A stretch of DNA of 24,000 nt from Cytobacillus sp. Hz8 (lineage in GTDB: Bacteria > Bacillota > Bacilli > Bacillales > Cytobacillaceae): NCBI RefSeq assembly GCF_042263505.1, contig NZ_JBHKFI010000012.1, positions 34,802 through 58,801 of the forward strand, given 5' to 3'. The position numbers and the translations under genes were made by a program. Positions 14,916 through 23,528 of the stretch are shown piece after piece. The notes under the pieces are model-generated. The model had not been told where the DNA came from, made no database searches, and worked only from the letters and a program-made list of their open reading frames with translations. Every line of letters starts with the position of its first letter. Within the stretch, counting starts at the first letter, position 1.

Positions 14916-15019
14916 TCAAATTCCGGAAAATCATAAAACAGTAATATGGAAAATTGTGTTAAGGTTAAATTAATAAACTTGAACTGTACATAGAAATAGA
15001 AAACAAGGGGGGGAGAAAG

Positions 15020-15685
15020 TTGTTTGTGTATATGTACTTAATCGGATTATTAATTGGCCTTGGTGTATATGGGTTAACTTATCTTTTTGCTAAAAATGTA
15101 GCCAATAAAAAAAGAGTTTTAACTGTCGTTATTATTTCAGCACTCCTATTTTTTGTGAGTATAACGATTATTGGAGGATTTGAAGGAATGCCTTTTGGTG
15201 TGTTAAGCTTGGGGATTTTTACAATTGCTCTTTTGCTCGCTTTCTTTGGCAAAAGTACTTTGTGGAAAAAGCTGGTCTACACCATTGTTCTTTTGTTTGT
15301 TGGTAGTTACTGTGTATTCATGTATTTGAATCAGGTTGATTACTGGGTCATTAAAAAAATGAATTATGCATCTGGTAATGATATTGAATATTATTATGAA
15401 AAACTTCAGGAGGAAACGAAAATAAAGGGGTATAAAACTTTTACTATATCAGAAGGTAATCAAGCAGTAGTGCTGTCCTTAGGAGAAAAAATGGCTGGTA
15501 ATAATATAGAGGTTTTGGATGTTAAGGAAGAATACGGAACAACAGTTTTCAAAATAAGAACCTTCTATAATCAATCATCTGAAAAAAATCCAACGGTTAT
15601 GATTGGGCTGGATCGGTTACAGCCAGAAATTAATATTATTGATACGGATGGTACTTTTTATGAAAAGGTACCAAAAACCGAATAG
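15020..15685 (+). CDS. Hypothetical membrane protein (N-terminal TM bundle plus C-terminal soluble domain)
   Basis: The TTG start is preceded by AAGGGGGGGAG. There are four hydrophobic segments and then a roughly 110-aa hydrophilic domain. I recognise no family. Confidence 0.7.
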   Translation: MFVYMYLIGLLIGLGVYGLTYLFAKNVANKKRVLTVVIISALLFFVSITIIGGFEGMPFGVLSLGIFTIALLLAFFGKSTLWKKLVYTIVLLFVGSYCVFMYLNQVDYWVIKKMNYASGNDIEYYYEKLQEETKIKGYKTFTISEGNQAVVLSLGEKMAGNNIEVLDVKEEYGTTVFKIRTFYNQSSEKNPTVMIGLDRLQPEINIIDTDGTFYEKVPKTE

Positions 15686-15699
15686 GTCATTATAATGTA

Positions 15700-15728
15700 G
15701 GGTCTGCTTGAATGGATCAAGCAGGCCC
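15700..15728. terminator. Hairpin between convergent genes
   Basis: GGGTCTGCTTGA (15700-15711) pairs with TCAAGCAGGCCC (15717-15728), a 12-bp stem with one G-U pair. Neither strand has a strong T tract. Confidence 0.5.
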
Positions 15729-15742
15729 AAAATCTTTGCCAA

Positions 15743-16285
15743 TTAACCTTTTAATATATGATTCATCTGAGCAGCTGAAAATAAGGCTTCTTTGTCCAGT
15801 AATATATCTCCCGGCTTATTTCCTCTTCCAAGAATATATCCGTCAAAATTCATTTTCATAAAGTCAAAAATATATTGAAATTGCTGGATAAGAGGCAGCC
15901 CTTTTATCGCTGGATCATCTCCACCAACAGCCAATACAAAGGCTTTTTTTGCAGCCATTTTTTCTTTAAAATCAGGATACTTTGGATCTCTTAAGGATTG
16001 TGACCAACGATCGATGAAATTTTTCATCGTTCCGGACATGCTATACCAATAAATGGGAGTTGAAAACAATAGAATATTATGAGGAAGGATTCGGTCAATG
16101 ATGGCATTATAATCATCCTGTCTGTCCTGAAAACCTTGTTCTGTATGGCGCATATCCATAATTGCTTCAATGTTATAATCTCTTAAGAAGATTTTTTCCG
16201 TTTTAATTCCTTGAATGGCATGTTCGGTTAGTATTTCTGAATTGCTATTTTTACGAGTTCCCCCATAGATAACGGCAATTGACAT
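15743..16285 (-). CDS. NAD(P)H-dependent FMN reductase / flavodoxin-like oxidoreductase
   Basis: It has the N-terminal IAVIYGGTRKNSNSE motif and TPIYWYSMSG, typical of the FMN_red/flavodoxin_2 fold. SD GAAGGTGA is upstream. It is divergent from a LysR gene. Confidence 0.8.
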   Translation of the reverse strand: MSIAVIYGGTRKNSNSEILTEHAIQGIKTEKIFLRDYNIEAIMDMRHTEQGFQDRQDDYNAIIDRILPHNILLFSTPIYWYSMSGTMKNFIDRWSQSLRDPKYPDFKEKMAAKKAFVLAVGGDDPAIKGLPLIQQFQYIFDFMKMNFDGYILGRGNKPGDILLDKEALFSAAQMNHILKG

Positions 16286-16367
16286 TTTCGCTTCACCTTC
16301 GTTTTTTATTATTTGTTCCTTGATTGCTTCTATTTTATAATGAAAATATAAATCGATAAAGGCGATT

Positions 16368-16390
16368 ATTTCGATTTTATCAATCGAAAT
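16368..16390. promoter_or_regulatory. LysR-type T-N11-A palindrome in the divergent promoter region
   Basis: ATTTCGATT-ttatc-AATCGAAAT is a perfect 9-bp inverted repeat (16368-16376 and 16382-16390). It lies between the FMN reductase and LysR genes. Confidence 0.45.
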
Positions 16391-16414
16391 TTGTGATTAT
16401 AAGAGGCGGGAAAA

Positions 16415-17308
16415 TTGGAAACGAAGCAATTGCAAACTTTCATTAGCGCGGCGGAAAGTCTAAATTTTACTCAGACAGCGAAGAAATTAAATTTTGCTCA
16501 ATCAAGTGTAACGGCCCAAATCAAAGCACTTGAAAAAGAGGTGGGGCAACCATTATTCGAGCGTCTAGGAAAAAGATTAGTGTTAACAGAAGCAGGAAAT
16601 CAGTTTAAACAATATGCAGAAAAAATGCTTCAATTATGTGAAGAGGCAATGATGGCGGTAAATGGAGAAGAGGAATTGGCGGGAACTTTGACCATTGGGG
16701 CACAAGAGAGTCAGTGTACCTATCGGCTTCCACCGATTCTGAAGAAATTTAAGGAGCAATTTCCACATGTAAAGCTTGTTTTTAAACCAGCTCATTCAGA
16801 TGAAATGGCAAGAAAACAATTGATGGATGGAGTCCTAGATGTCGCTTTTATTATGGATGTAAGGAAAGATGAGGGTTCATTAAGAATGGAGCAGCTGATT
16901 AAGGAGGAGTTGCTCTTGGTAGCTGCATCTAATCATGTAGCTTCAGTGAATTCTTCCAATGATTTAGAGCATGAAACCCTTTTACTAACAGAAACTGGGT
17001 GCTCATACCGAAATATCTTTGAGGATTTGATTTTGTCTGCTGGAGTTTATCCTGTAGATAAAATTGAATTTGCGAGCATTGAGGCGATTAAACAATGTGT
17101 GATCGCAGATCTTGGCATTGCATTGTTGCCTAAAATGGTCGTGGAGAAGGATATTCAAGAGGGGAAAATGAAGGAATTGTCTTGGAGGCCAGTAACAGAC
17201 CCTTTATTTACGCAAATTGCCTGGCATAAGGATAAATGGATAACTGCACCTTTAGAGGCATTTATTGATCTAACACGACAGACATTTTCAGTGAAAAATT
17301 CAATTTAA
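16415..17308 (+). CDS. LysR-family transcriptional regulator
   Basis: The N-terminal HTH is LQTFISAAESLNFTQTAKKLNFAQSSVTAQIKALEKEVGQPLFER. A C-terminal substrate-binding domain follows. The start is TTG with SD AAGAGG. Confidence 0.9.
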   Translation: METKQLQTFISAAESLNFTQTAKKLNFAQSSVTAQIKALEKEVGQPLFERLGKRLVLTEAGNQFKQYAEKMLQLCEEAMMAVNGEEELAGTLTIGAQESQCTYRLPPILKKFKEQFPHVKLVFKPAHSDEMARKQLMDGVLDVAFIMDVRKDEGSLRMEQLIKEELLLVAASNHVASVNSSNDLEHETLLLTETGCSYRNIFEDLILSAGVYPVDKIEFASIEAIKQCVIADLGIALLPKMVVEKDIQEGKMKELSWRPVTDPLFTQIAWHKDKWITAPLEAFIDLTRQTFSVKNSI

Positions 17309-17322
17309 CATGGAGGATGTAG

Positions 17323-18072
17323 ATGAAAAAAACAATCAGGGTATTGTTTGCAGTACTTGGGGCTTTAAGTATCATTTATGCTACCGTATCATTGGGGAAA
17401 AGTCGATTAAATACGGGAGTTCTTGCTTTTTTCGTAGTGGGTGGTCTCTTTGTGATAGCTGCCGCCTTTTATCCAGCGATTTTTCAGTTTTTTCATAAAA
17501 GGAAGAAGCTTAAAATAACCGTGTTGACTCTTATTTCAATTGGATTGATCTGTTCAGTTGTCTTAGAGTCTTTTATTCTATTTGGAATAAAGGATCAGCA
17601 TCCTAAGCAGGTTGATGCTATTGTTGTTTTGGGGGCAGGGGTACGAGAAGGAACACCTTCACCAGTTTTGAAGTTAAGATTAAAAAAGACGGTAGAGGTA
17701 CATCGAAAATATAAAAATGCGATGATTTATGTAACCGGTGGATTAGATACAGGTGAAGAAAAAACAGAAGCGAAAGTAATGAAGGAATATCTTGTGGAAC
17801 ATGGAGTCAAATCAAACTTGATTGTAATGGAAGATAAGGCTACTAGTACTGAAGAGAACTTTAAATTCACCAAAAAAATGATGTCTCCTATTCAGCGGAA
17901 AATAATGGTTGTGACAAGTGATTTTCATATGTATCGAGCAAAGTATTATGCGAAGAAGGTTGGTTTTGATCCATACAGTGCTAGCTCGGGGATTCAATTG
18001 AGCATTGTTCCCTTAACACATATTAGAGAAATATTGGCAATTGGTTATATGCTGGCGAGAGATGGTTTGTAG
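17323..18072 (+). CDS. YdcF/DUF218 family protein with N-terminal membrane anchor
   Basis: It has N-terminal TM segments. The DUF218 pattern follows: DAIVVLGAGV...PSPVLKLRL...VTGG...EA..M..YL...G...I..E..ATST.EN...VTSDFHM.RA. Confidence 0.8.
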   Translation: MKKTIRVLFAVLGALSIIYATVSLGKSRLNTGVLAFFVVGGLFVIAAAFYPAIFQFFHKRKKLKITVLTLISIGLICSVVLESFILFGIKDQHPKQVDAIVVLGAGVREGTPSPVLKLRLKKTVEVHRKYKNAMIYVTGGLDTGEEKTEAKVMKEYLVEHGVKSNLIVMEDKATSTEENFKFTKKMMSPIQRKIMVVTSDFHMYRAKYYAKKVGFDPYSASSGIQLSIVPLTHIREILAIGYMLARDGL

Positions 18073-18113
18073 AGTTTGATTAGGATAAAATAGCAGAAAA
18101 AGGATGGAAAAAT

Positions 18114-18737
18114 ATGGAGTTCGAACAAATAAAAATCTTTGATGAACATGGACATGAAATAGGTATAGAGGGCCGTGAGGATGTTCATCAAAAAGGAGAC
18201 TGGCATGAGACCTTTCATTGTTGGATAGTGGGTAAGGCAGGCGGTGTAGATTATATTTATTTTCAAATCCGAAGTGAGCAGAAAAAAGATTATCCGAATT
18301 TGTTAGATATTACGGCTGCGGGGCATATTTTGGCTCATGAATCTGTCATTGACGGAATTCGTGAAATAAAAGAAGAATTAGGGCTTGATGTTTCCTTTTC
18401 GGAGTTAGAATCTTTAGGAATGATAAAGGACTGTATTCTCACCAACCAATTAATTGATAAGGAATTTTGTCATGTCTATTTATACCACCTGAAAGAAAGA
18501 ATAGGAAAACTTACCCTTCAAAAAGACGAGGTTTCTGGGATTGTAAAAGGTAAGTTCAAGGATTTTTTCTATCTCTGTTTTGGGGATAAAGAGGAAATGA
18601 TGGTGGAGGGGTTTCAAATAAATGAAAATGAAAAAGAAGAGGCGATCAAAAAACTTGTTGGCATAAAGGATTTTGTTCCACACGAGGATACATACTTAGA
18701 GAGTGTAGTGACTAGGATTAATGAGAGATTAAGATGA
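18114..18737 (+). CDS. NUDIX hydrolase family protein
   Basis: The Nudix box is GHILAHESVIDGIREIKEELGL, matching GX5EX7REUXEEXGU. Confidence 0.8.
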   Translation: MEFEQIKIFDEHGHEIGIEGREDVHQKGDWHETFHCWIVGKAGGVDYIYFQIRSEQKKDYPNLLDITAAGHILAHESVIDGIREIKEELGLDVSFSELESLGMIKDCILTNQLIDKEFCHVYLYHLKERIGKLTLQKDEVSGIVKGKFKDFFYLCFGDKEEMMVEGFQINENEKEEAIKKLVGIKDFVPHEDTYLESVVTRINERLR

Positions 18738-18855
18738 ATCTTATTTTTTTTTGAAAAAAACAGTCATTAGTTTGATATTATTTTGAGGCTTTTGTTTGTT
18801 TTTTCACAAGTGAAAAAGGGATATTTAATGAGACATTAAATGTAAAGGGGAAAGT

Positions 18856-19335
18856 ATGAATGGAAATCTTTCCAATAAGCAGTTTACCAAAGGAAAAAAT
18901 CATTCATTTTTTCGACAACATTGGGGAAGTCCGGAAATGGTGATTTCAAGTGGAATCTATGATTGTAGCAAATTAGAGGGCTTTGCCGTGGTTACTCATA
19001 ATGAATTGCTTGGTTTAATTACGTACATCATGAAAGAGAAAGAATGTGAAATTATTTCTTTAGATAGTACGGTGGAAGGTAAGGGGATCGGGTCATTACT
19101 TGTAAAAAACGTCGAAGAATTGGCGATTAAACAAAATTGTAAGAGGATCAGACTAATTACAACAAACGATAATTTATCAGCATTAAGATTTTATCAAAAA
19201 AGGGGATATTTATTGTATGAAGTATTAAGGAATGCTGTTGAAAAGGCAAGAAAGATTAAACCTGAGATTCCCTTATTTGGAAATGATGGAATTCCATTAA
19301 GGGATGAGATTGTATTGGAAAAACAATTGAACTAA
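18856..19335 (+). CDS. GNAT-family N-acetyltransferase (5' end probably frameshifted; see findings)
   Basis: The acetyl-CoA binding core is GKGIGSLLVKNVEELA...TTNDNLSALRFYQKRGY. Confidence 0.8.
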   Translation: MNGNLSNKQFTKGKNHSFFRQHWGSPEMVISSGIYDCSKLEGFAVVTHNELLGLITYIMKEKECEIISLDSTVEGKGIGSLLVKNVEELAIKQNCKRIRLITTNDNLSALRFYQKRGYLLYEVLRNAVEKARKIKPEIPLFGNDGIPLRDEIVLEKQLN

Positions 19336-19445
19336 ATGGTGACGTAGCGATAATCAGAAATTCCTGATAATTGCACATTTAGAATAAATTTTGATGATAT
19401 ACAAAATAATACGTTGGAAGGATTAGCTTATTAAAGAAAAGTGAA

Positions 19446-19688
19446 ATGTTGGTTCTTTCTATTTGGATTGCAACAATTTTGGATATCATTTCCATTCTTT
19501 CTCTGTTTTTTCTAATGCGACACTTGTTCATTATTGAAATTGCCATCTACTTTCTCTTTTCTTCTAGTATATATTATCCCAGTTGGCACAATGTTTTAAA
19601 CTTTTATTTAATAGAAAATATTCAACAAAAAATTTATGAAAAGGTTGTTTCAATATTAATAAATAGGCTGCTAAATGGGCAGCCTTAG
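19446..19688 (+). CDS. Possible small two-TM membrane protein
   Basis: The ORF is hydrophobic, the SD is weak, and the 3' end runs into the terminator hairpin. This is a low-confidence gene call. Confidence 0.3.
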   Translation: MLVLSIWIATILDIISILSLFFLMRHLFIIEIAIYFLFSSSIYYPSWHNVLNFYLIENIQQKIYEKVVSILINRLLNGQP

Positions 19689-19697
19689 AATTTTTTA
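19665..19697. terminator. Shared hairpin terminator between convergent ORFs
   Basis: AGGCTGC (19665-19671) pairs with GCAGCCT (19679-19685). T-rich tracts follow on both strands. Confidence 0.55.
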
Positions 19698-19844
19698 ATG
19701 CATATTCTTCTCTTCATCCTTTCCAATTGGTACATGCTTTGGACGTTTTAGCTGAGATTGTTCACCAGGATTATTAGGCCCTGTCAGATCATTCCGTTGA
19801 TCAAGAATTCTCCCAGTATATTCAACTGGCTGATTCTTTGTCAT
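19695..19844 (-). CDS. Small hydrophilic protein (49 aa), unknown function
   Basis: A perfect SD GGAGGTGA lies 6 nt upstream of the internal ATG at 19844 (MTKNQPVEYTGRILDQRNDLTGPNNPGEQSQLKRPKHVPIGKDEEKNMH). The longer track ORF start at 19916 has no SD. Confidence 0.55.
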   Translation of the reverse strand: MTKNQPVEYTGRILDQRNDLTGPNNPGEQSQLKRPKHVPIGKDEEKNMH

Positions 19845-19950
19845 TTTTATCACCTCCATTAAATAGGATGGTTGAAAATATATTACAAATAGCAGGTAAT
19901 TATTCCATATTTTCATTTACGGACTTTGCATATGAGAAAGGGGTATAAAT

Positions 19951-20706
19951 ATGGAGGGAAATGTGAAAATCAATAAATGGGACGCAGGTCATCGACTTTG
20001 GCCCCTCCCTAATTTCCCGTGGGTGATGAAACAGACATGGAACGATCTTTTATTTGCTCATTTTCCGGTAAAAATAGAGAAACTGCGAAATTTCATTCCT
20101 GATGTACTGCCTATTGATACTTATCAAGGAGTAGCCTGGATTGGGATTGTTTCATTTCAAATGGGAGAGATTAGCCTAAGATGGCTGCCTCCTCTACCTG
20201 GTGCCAAAAAATTTCCGCAACTTAATGTACGAACATATATAACAATGGATGGAAAACCTGGCGTTTACTTTTTTAGTTTGGATGCAGCAAATAAGCTAGT
20301 AGCTAGAGTTGTAAAAACGCTTCTTCCTTTGCCATACTGGCATGCCTGCATGAAGACAGAGTATCTAGGAGAGTCTATTCATTTTGAAAGTAAAAGAGAG
20401 GTGGATAAGACGTTCGAATGGAACTGTAATTACCGTCCTTCTTCAAAAGTTTATCTTGCAAAAAAAGGATCCTTTGATGAATGGATGGCAGAACGTTATT
20501 GCTTTTATGCAGTTAATAAAAAGGGAACAGCGTTGCGATGTGATATTTTGCATCATCGTTGGCCGTTGCAGCACGCTGAGGTAGAAATTCATCAAAACAC
20601 TATGCTGTTATCTCACGGAATTCAGGTGGAAGCAGCAGAACCACTTTTCCATTTTTCAAAAGGCATGGAGGTTCGCATCTGGCCATTGTTTACAGCTTTA
20701 AACTGA
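19951..20706 (+). CDS. DUF2071 (YqjF-like) family protein
   Basis: The pattern WNDLLFAHFPV...L....P..L..D.Y.G.AW.G.V.F......R....P......F..LNVRTY resembles my recollection of the YqjF/DUF2071 family. SD AAAGGGG is upstream. Confidence 0.7.
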   Translation: MEGNVKINKWDAGHRLWPLPNFPWVMKQTWNDLLFAHFPVKIEKLRNFIPDVLPIDTYQGVAWIGIVSFQMGEISLRWLPPLPGAKKFPQLNVRTYITMDGKPGVYFFSLDAANKLVARVVKTLLPLPYWHACMKTEYLGESIHFESKREVDKTFEWNCNYRPSSKVYLAKKGSFDEWMAERYCFYAVNKKGTALRCDILHHRWPLQHAEVEIHQNTMLLSHGIQVEAAEPLFHFSKGMEVRIWPLFTALN

Positions 20707-20782
20707 ATATTGATGTAAGATGTTCTTCAGGTTAATCGAATCGGCACAACGTGAAAACATGTAAATAGTGTGGGAAGTCTTA

Positions 20783-20809
20783 AACTATCCGGAATAAAGC
20801 CGGATAGTT
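20783..20809. terminator. Bidirectional hairpin between convergent genes
   Basis: A perfect 10-bp stem pairs AACTATCCGG (20783-20792) with CCGGATAGTT (20800-20809). Confidence 0.65.
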
Positions 20810-20845
20810 GCAAGAGATATATGTTCATCTAATTATGAGGGGCAA

Positions 20846-21388
20846 TCACTTATTAATAAAATGTCTTTCCTTGGATTTTACCGGATAAAAGGCGATAGAA
20901 GGATGGGTAATCCGTATATCGGGAAAATCATCAATGGTTTGGACCGTATTTGGATCAAAAAATTGCTCTAAGTTTGCGATTCTTAAACCACCTGTCGAAC
21001 AAGCTTCAACACAGGCCGGAGGTTCCCCTTTATCTTGGCGTGGATAGCACATTTGGCATTTTGTGACTTTGTGCGTTTCAAAATTATATTGAGGTGCTTC
21101 GAAGGGACAGGCGGATACACATATTCCACAGCCATTACAAAGAAGTGAATCGATTAAGACAATGCCATCATGTCGTTTTGTAAAGGCATGCTCTGGACAA
21201 ACTCTAAAGCATTCAGGACTGCTGCAATGATTACATGAAATAGATAAGAAATACCCTGGTGATACTTCAGTTACTCTTCTCCAAAGGACATTTCCACTTG
21301 TCTTATTCTCATTTCGGCAGGCAATCTCACAGGCTTTACAGCCAATACAGGCTTCCGCATCGAAGATAAATCCTAATTGTGTACTCAT
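20846..21388 (-). CDS. 4Fe-4S dicluster-type electron-transfer subunit (DmsB/PsrB/NrfC-like, four Cys clusters)
   Basis: The four cluster motifs are CIGCKACEIAC, CNHCSSPECFRVCP, CNGCGICVSACP and CQMC...CVEAC. Confidence 0.9.
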   Translation of the reverse strand: MSTQLGFIFDAEACIGCKACEIACRNENKTSGNVLWRRVTEVSPGYFLSISCNHCSSPECFRVCPEHAFTKRHDGIVLIDSLLCNGCGICVSACPFEAPQYNFETHKVTKCQMCYPRQDKGEPPACVEACSTGGLRIANLEQFFDPNTVQTIDDFPDIRITHPSIAFYPVKSKERHFINK

Positions 21389-21437
21389 TTCGCCACCTCT
21401 TTTCTTTAAGTAATTTTTATTTCTAATAGATATACTA

Positions 21438-23450
21438 TTAAATTTTCGTTATATCAACATAGCTATCATAGAAAGGACCACTCTTTATATCGTGTTTGTC
21501 AACAAAATAGCCAATTAATTGATTAATTGAATTTTTCCCAGTTTGTTTTACAAGAATGACATTCCTCGGAAGGAAAGGATTGATTTTTACAGAAGCTATT
21601 ATGGAGCCGAATTGATTGAAAATCTTGACCCTCATCCCTTCGTGGATATTCTTATTCTTAGCCACAATATCTGTCAATTCCACAATGGTTTCTTCAGGCT
21701 CTGGATATAACCAAGTTACTTCTGAAAATTGAGAGTGAATTTTTAAAAGCGATTGCGGTGAAAGAAGCTGATAAGGATATTGCCGATTCTCCTCACGATC
21801 TAGATTGGATACATTAATGGATAAAAGGTCAATTTCATTTAGATCTAAAAAGGTGAATTTTTGATTTTCATTGTTTATCTGTGCATTTTGCATTTTTCTC
21901 TGCTTTGGTCCTTTTATTAAATCTTGATAGGAACCAATGTTGTAAAGGGATTTAATTTCTTCTGATATTTCTGAATTTATCCAATCAGTTGGCTTTAAGT
22001 CAGAAGGAAAGCTTGAAAAATCAGGTGATAACTCATTCAGCTTTCTAGTTAACTCTCGAGCAATGTGCAGGTCGCTCTTTGCCTCAAAATAAGGCGGAAT
22101 GGTCTTCTGGTTAATGGACAGCCAATGATGCCAATAGCTTACATTAAGGTCTTCCTCTTCAAAATGACTTGCTGCTGGCAAAATGATATCTGAATATTTT
22201 CCTGTTTCCGTCATATATAAATCGACAGTGACAATTAATTCTAATTGGCGAAATAAATTTTTCCATTCTTTAATGTGTTGATCCTGTGATAATGGACTGC
22301 GAGAAGCAATCCACAAAAATTTTAATGGAGGATCTGAAAGATTTTTGGCTTCTAAAGCAAAGTTTAAACTATTAATTGAACGTGATTTTCGAATGATGGG
22401 GTGTTTTTTCTCAGGAAAATTTAATAAAGTTAATGGAAATGCATTTAAATCATCATTTGCATAATACACACCACCATTTTCTAAATGGAGATTTCCAGAT
22501 ATGGCACTTAGGGATGCGATCGCTTTGATGCTAAGTCCGCCAAATTCATTTCGTTGGATTCCGAATCCATTCCATGTAGCAAGAGGTTTCATTGTTGCAT
22601 AAAGATTGGCAAGCTTTTCAAGGACATCTATTGAAATACCGGTCTTTTCACAAATCGTATTTAAATCAATTCGGTTTTGCAGAAAGTTTTTATAATTTGC
22701 CCAACCAATGGTTTCATCTTTCATAGAGGATTCATCCCAAATTCCTTTTTCAATTAGGAGTTTGGCGATTCCAAACGCTAAAAAGGCATCAGAGCCGGGT
22801 GTAATTTGGACATACAGATCCGCTTTTGCTGCTGTTACAGAATAGATTGGATCAATTACTACCAATTTTCCGCCACTACGTCTTGCCTTATAAATAAATT
22901 TCATTTGATGAATATTAGTAACAGCAGGATTTGCACCCCAAATGACGATCAGTTTTGCTCTTGCCATGTCTTCAGGTCTTGGGCTGACTATTTGACCTAG
23001 GGAGGATTTTATGGCCTCTTCTCCTGTTGATGAGCAAAGGTTTCCGTATGACTTTGTATGAGGTCCGATACTGTTAAACATTCCTTCCACTGCATAATGA
23101 AGGAGACCTAAGTTTCCAGAAAATTTATTATACCCACAAGCAAGATTGGAGCCATAGCGGTCATTTAATTCAAGTATTTTTTGGGCAATAATTGCGTAAG
23201 CTTCATTCCATGTGATTCTTTTCCAATTGCCAGATCCTCTTGAGCTCTGGTAGATAGGATATTTAATTCGTAATGGATTATATACATATTGCGTGTAAGC
23301 ATAGCCTTTAGCACATAAGTGTCCTTGGGTAAACCCATGTTTTGGATCGCCAGTCACTTTTAAAAGCTTTCCATCTTTCACATAAGATAACATACTGCAT
23401 GTTCCAAAACAGTTTCGTGGACAAGCATTGCGAAATAGTTCCATATCCAA
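21438..23450 (-). CDS. Molybdopterin (bis-MGD) oxidoreductase catalytic subunit, no Tat signal
   Basis: The N-terminal 4Fe-4S Mo/W-bis-MGD motif is CPRNCFGTCSM...GHLCAKG. MopB-type regions follow (VIWGANP, LVVIDP), then a C-terminal MopB_CT-like domain. The track ORF extends to 23513, but the SD GGAGGGAGGG (23459-23468) favours the TTG at 23450 or the ATG at 23444. Confidence 0.9.
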   Translation of the reverse strand: MDMELFRNACPRNCFGTCSMLSYVKDGKLLKVTGDPKHGFTQGHLCAKGYAYTQYVYNPLRIKYPIYQSSRGSGNWKRITWNEAYAIIAQKILELNDRYGSNLACGYNKFSGNLGLLHYAVEGMFNSIGPHTKSYGNLCSSTGEEAIKSSLGQIVSPRPEDMARAKLIVIWGANPAVTNIHQMKFIYKARRSGGKLVVIDPIYSVTAAKADLYVQITPGSDAFLAFGIAKLLIEKGIWDESSMKDETIGWANYKNFLQNRIDLNTICEKTGISIDVLEKLANLYATMKPLATWNGFGIQRNEFGGLSIKAIASLSAISGNLHLENGGVYYANDDLNAFPLTLLNFPEKKHPIIRKSRSINSLNFALEAKNLSDPPLKFLWIASRSPLSQDQHIKEWKNLFRQLELIVTVDLYMTETGKYSDIILPAASHFEEEDLNVSYWHHWLSINQKTIPPYFEAKSDLHIARELTRKLNELSPDFSSFPSDLKPTDWINSEISEEIKSLYNIGSYQDLIKGPKQRKMQNAQINNENQKFTFLDLNEIDLLSINVSNLDREENRQYPYQLLSPQSLLKIHSQFSEVTWLYPEPEETIVELTDIVAKNKNIHEGMRVKIFNQFGSIIASVKINPFLPRNVILVKQTGKNSINQLIGYFVDKHDIKSGPFYDSYVDITKI

Positions 23451-23528
23451 ATAGGTCGCCCTCCCTCCGAAAGTCATAGATCGTTGTAAACTTATTGCTG
23501 GTAACAATCGCACTAAACAAATTGAAAA

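Noticed and set aside
17310-17498. A 62-aa ORF overlapping the start of the YdcF gene in another frame. Similar cases are 13381..13572, 20384..20584 and 18045..18266.
   Set aside because: These are out-of-frame overlaps with well-supported genes and have no independent SD or family resemblance.
18744-18760. A T9-G-A7 homopolymer palindrome after the NUDIX gene.
   Set aside because: It is pure A/T and would form a weak hairpin with no loop. It is more likely low-complexity spacer DNA than a terminator or functional element.
19870-19950. A forespore (sigma-F/G-like) promoter upstream of the 49-aa hydrophilic protein, which would imply a small spore protein.
   Set aside because: The match is only partial (GCAAA ... 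GGAATAATTA) and the spacing does not fit. The protein does not match any SASP I can recall with confidence.
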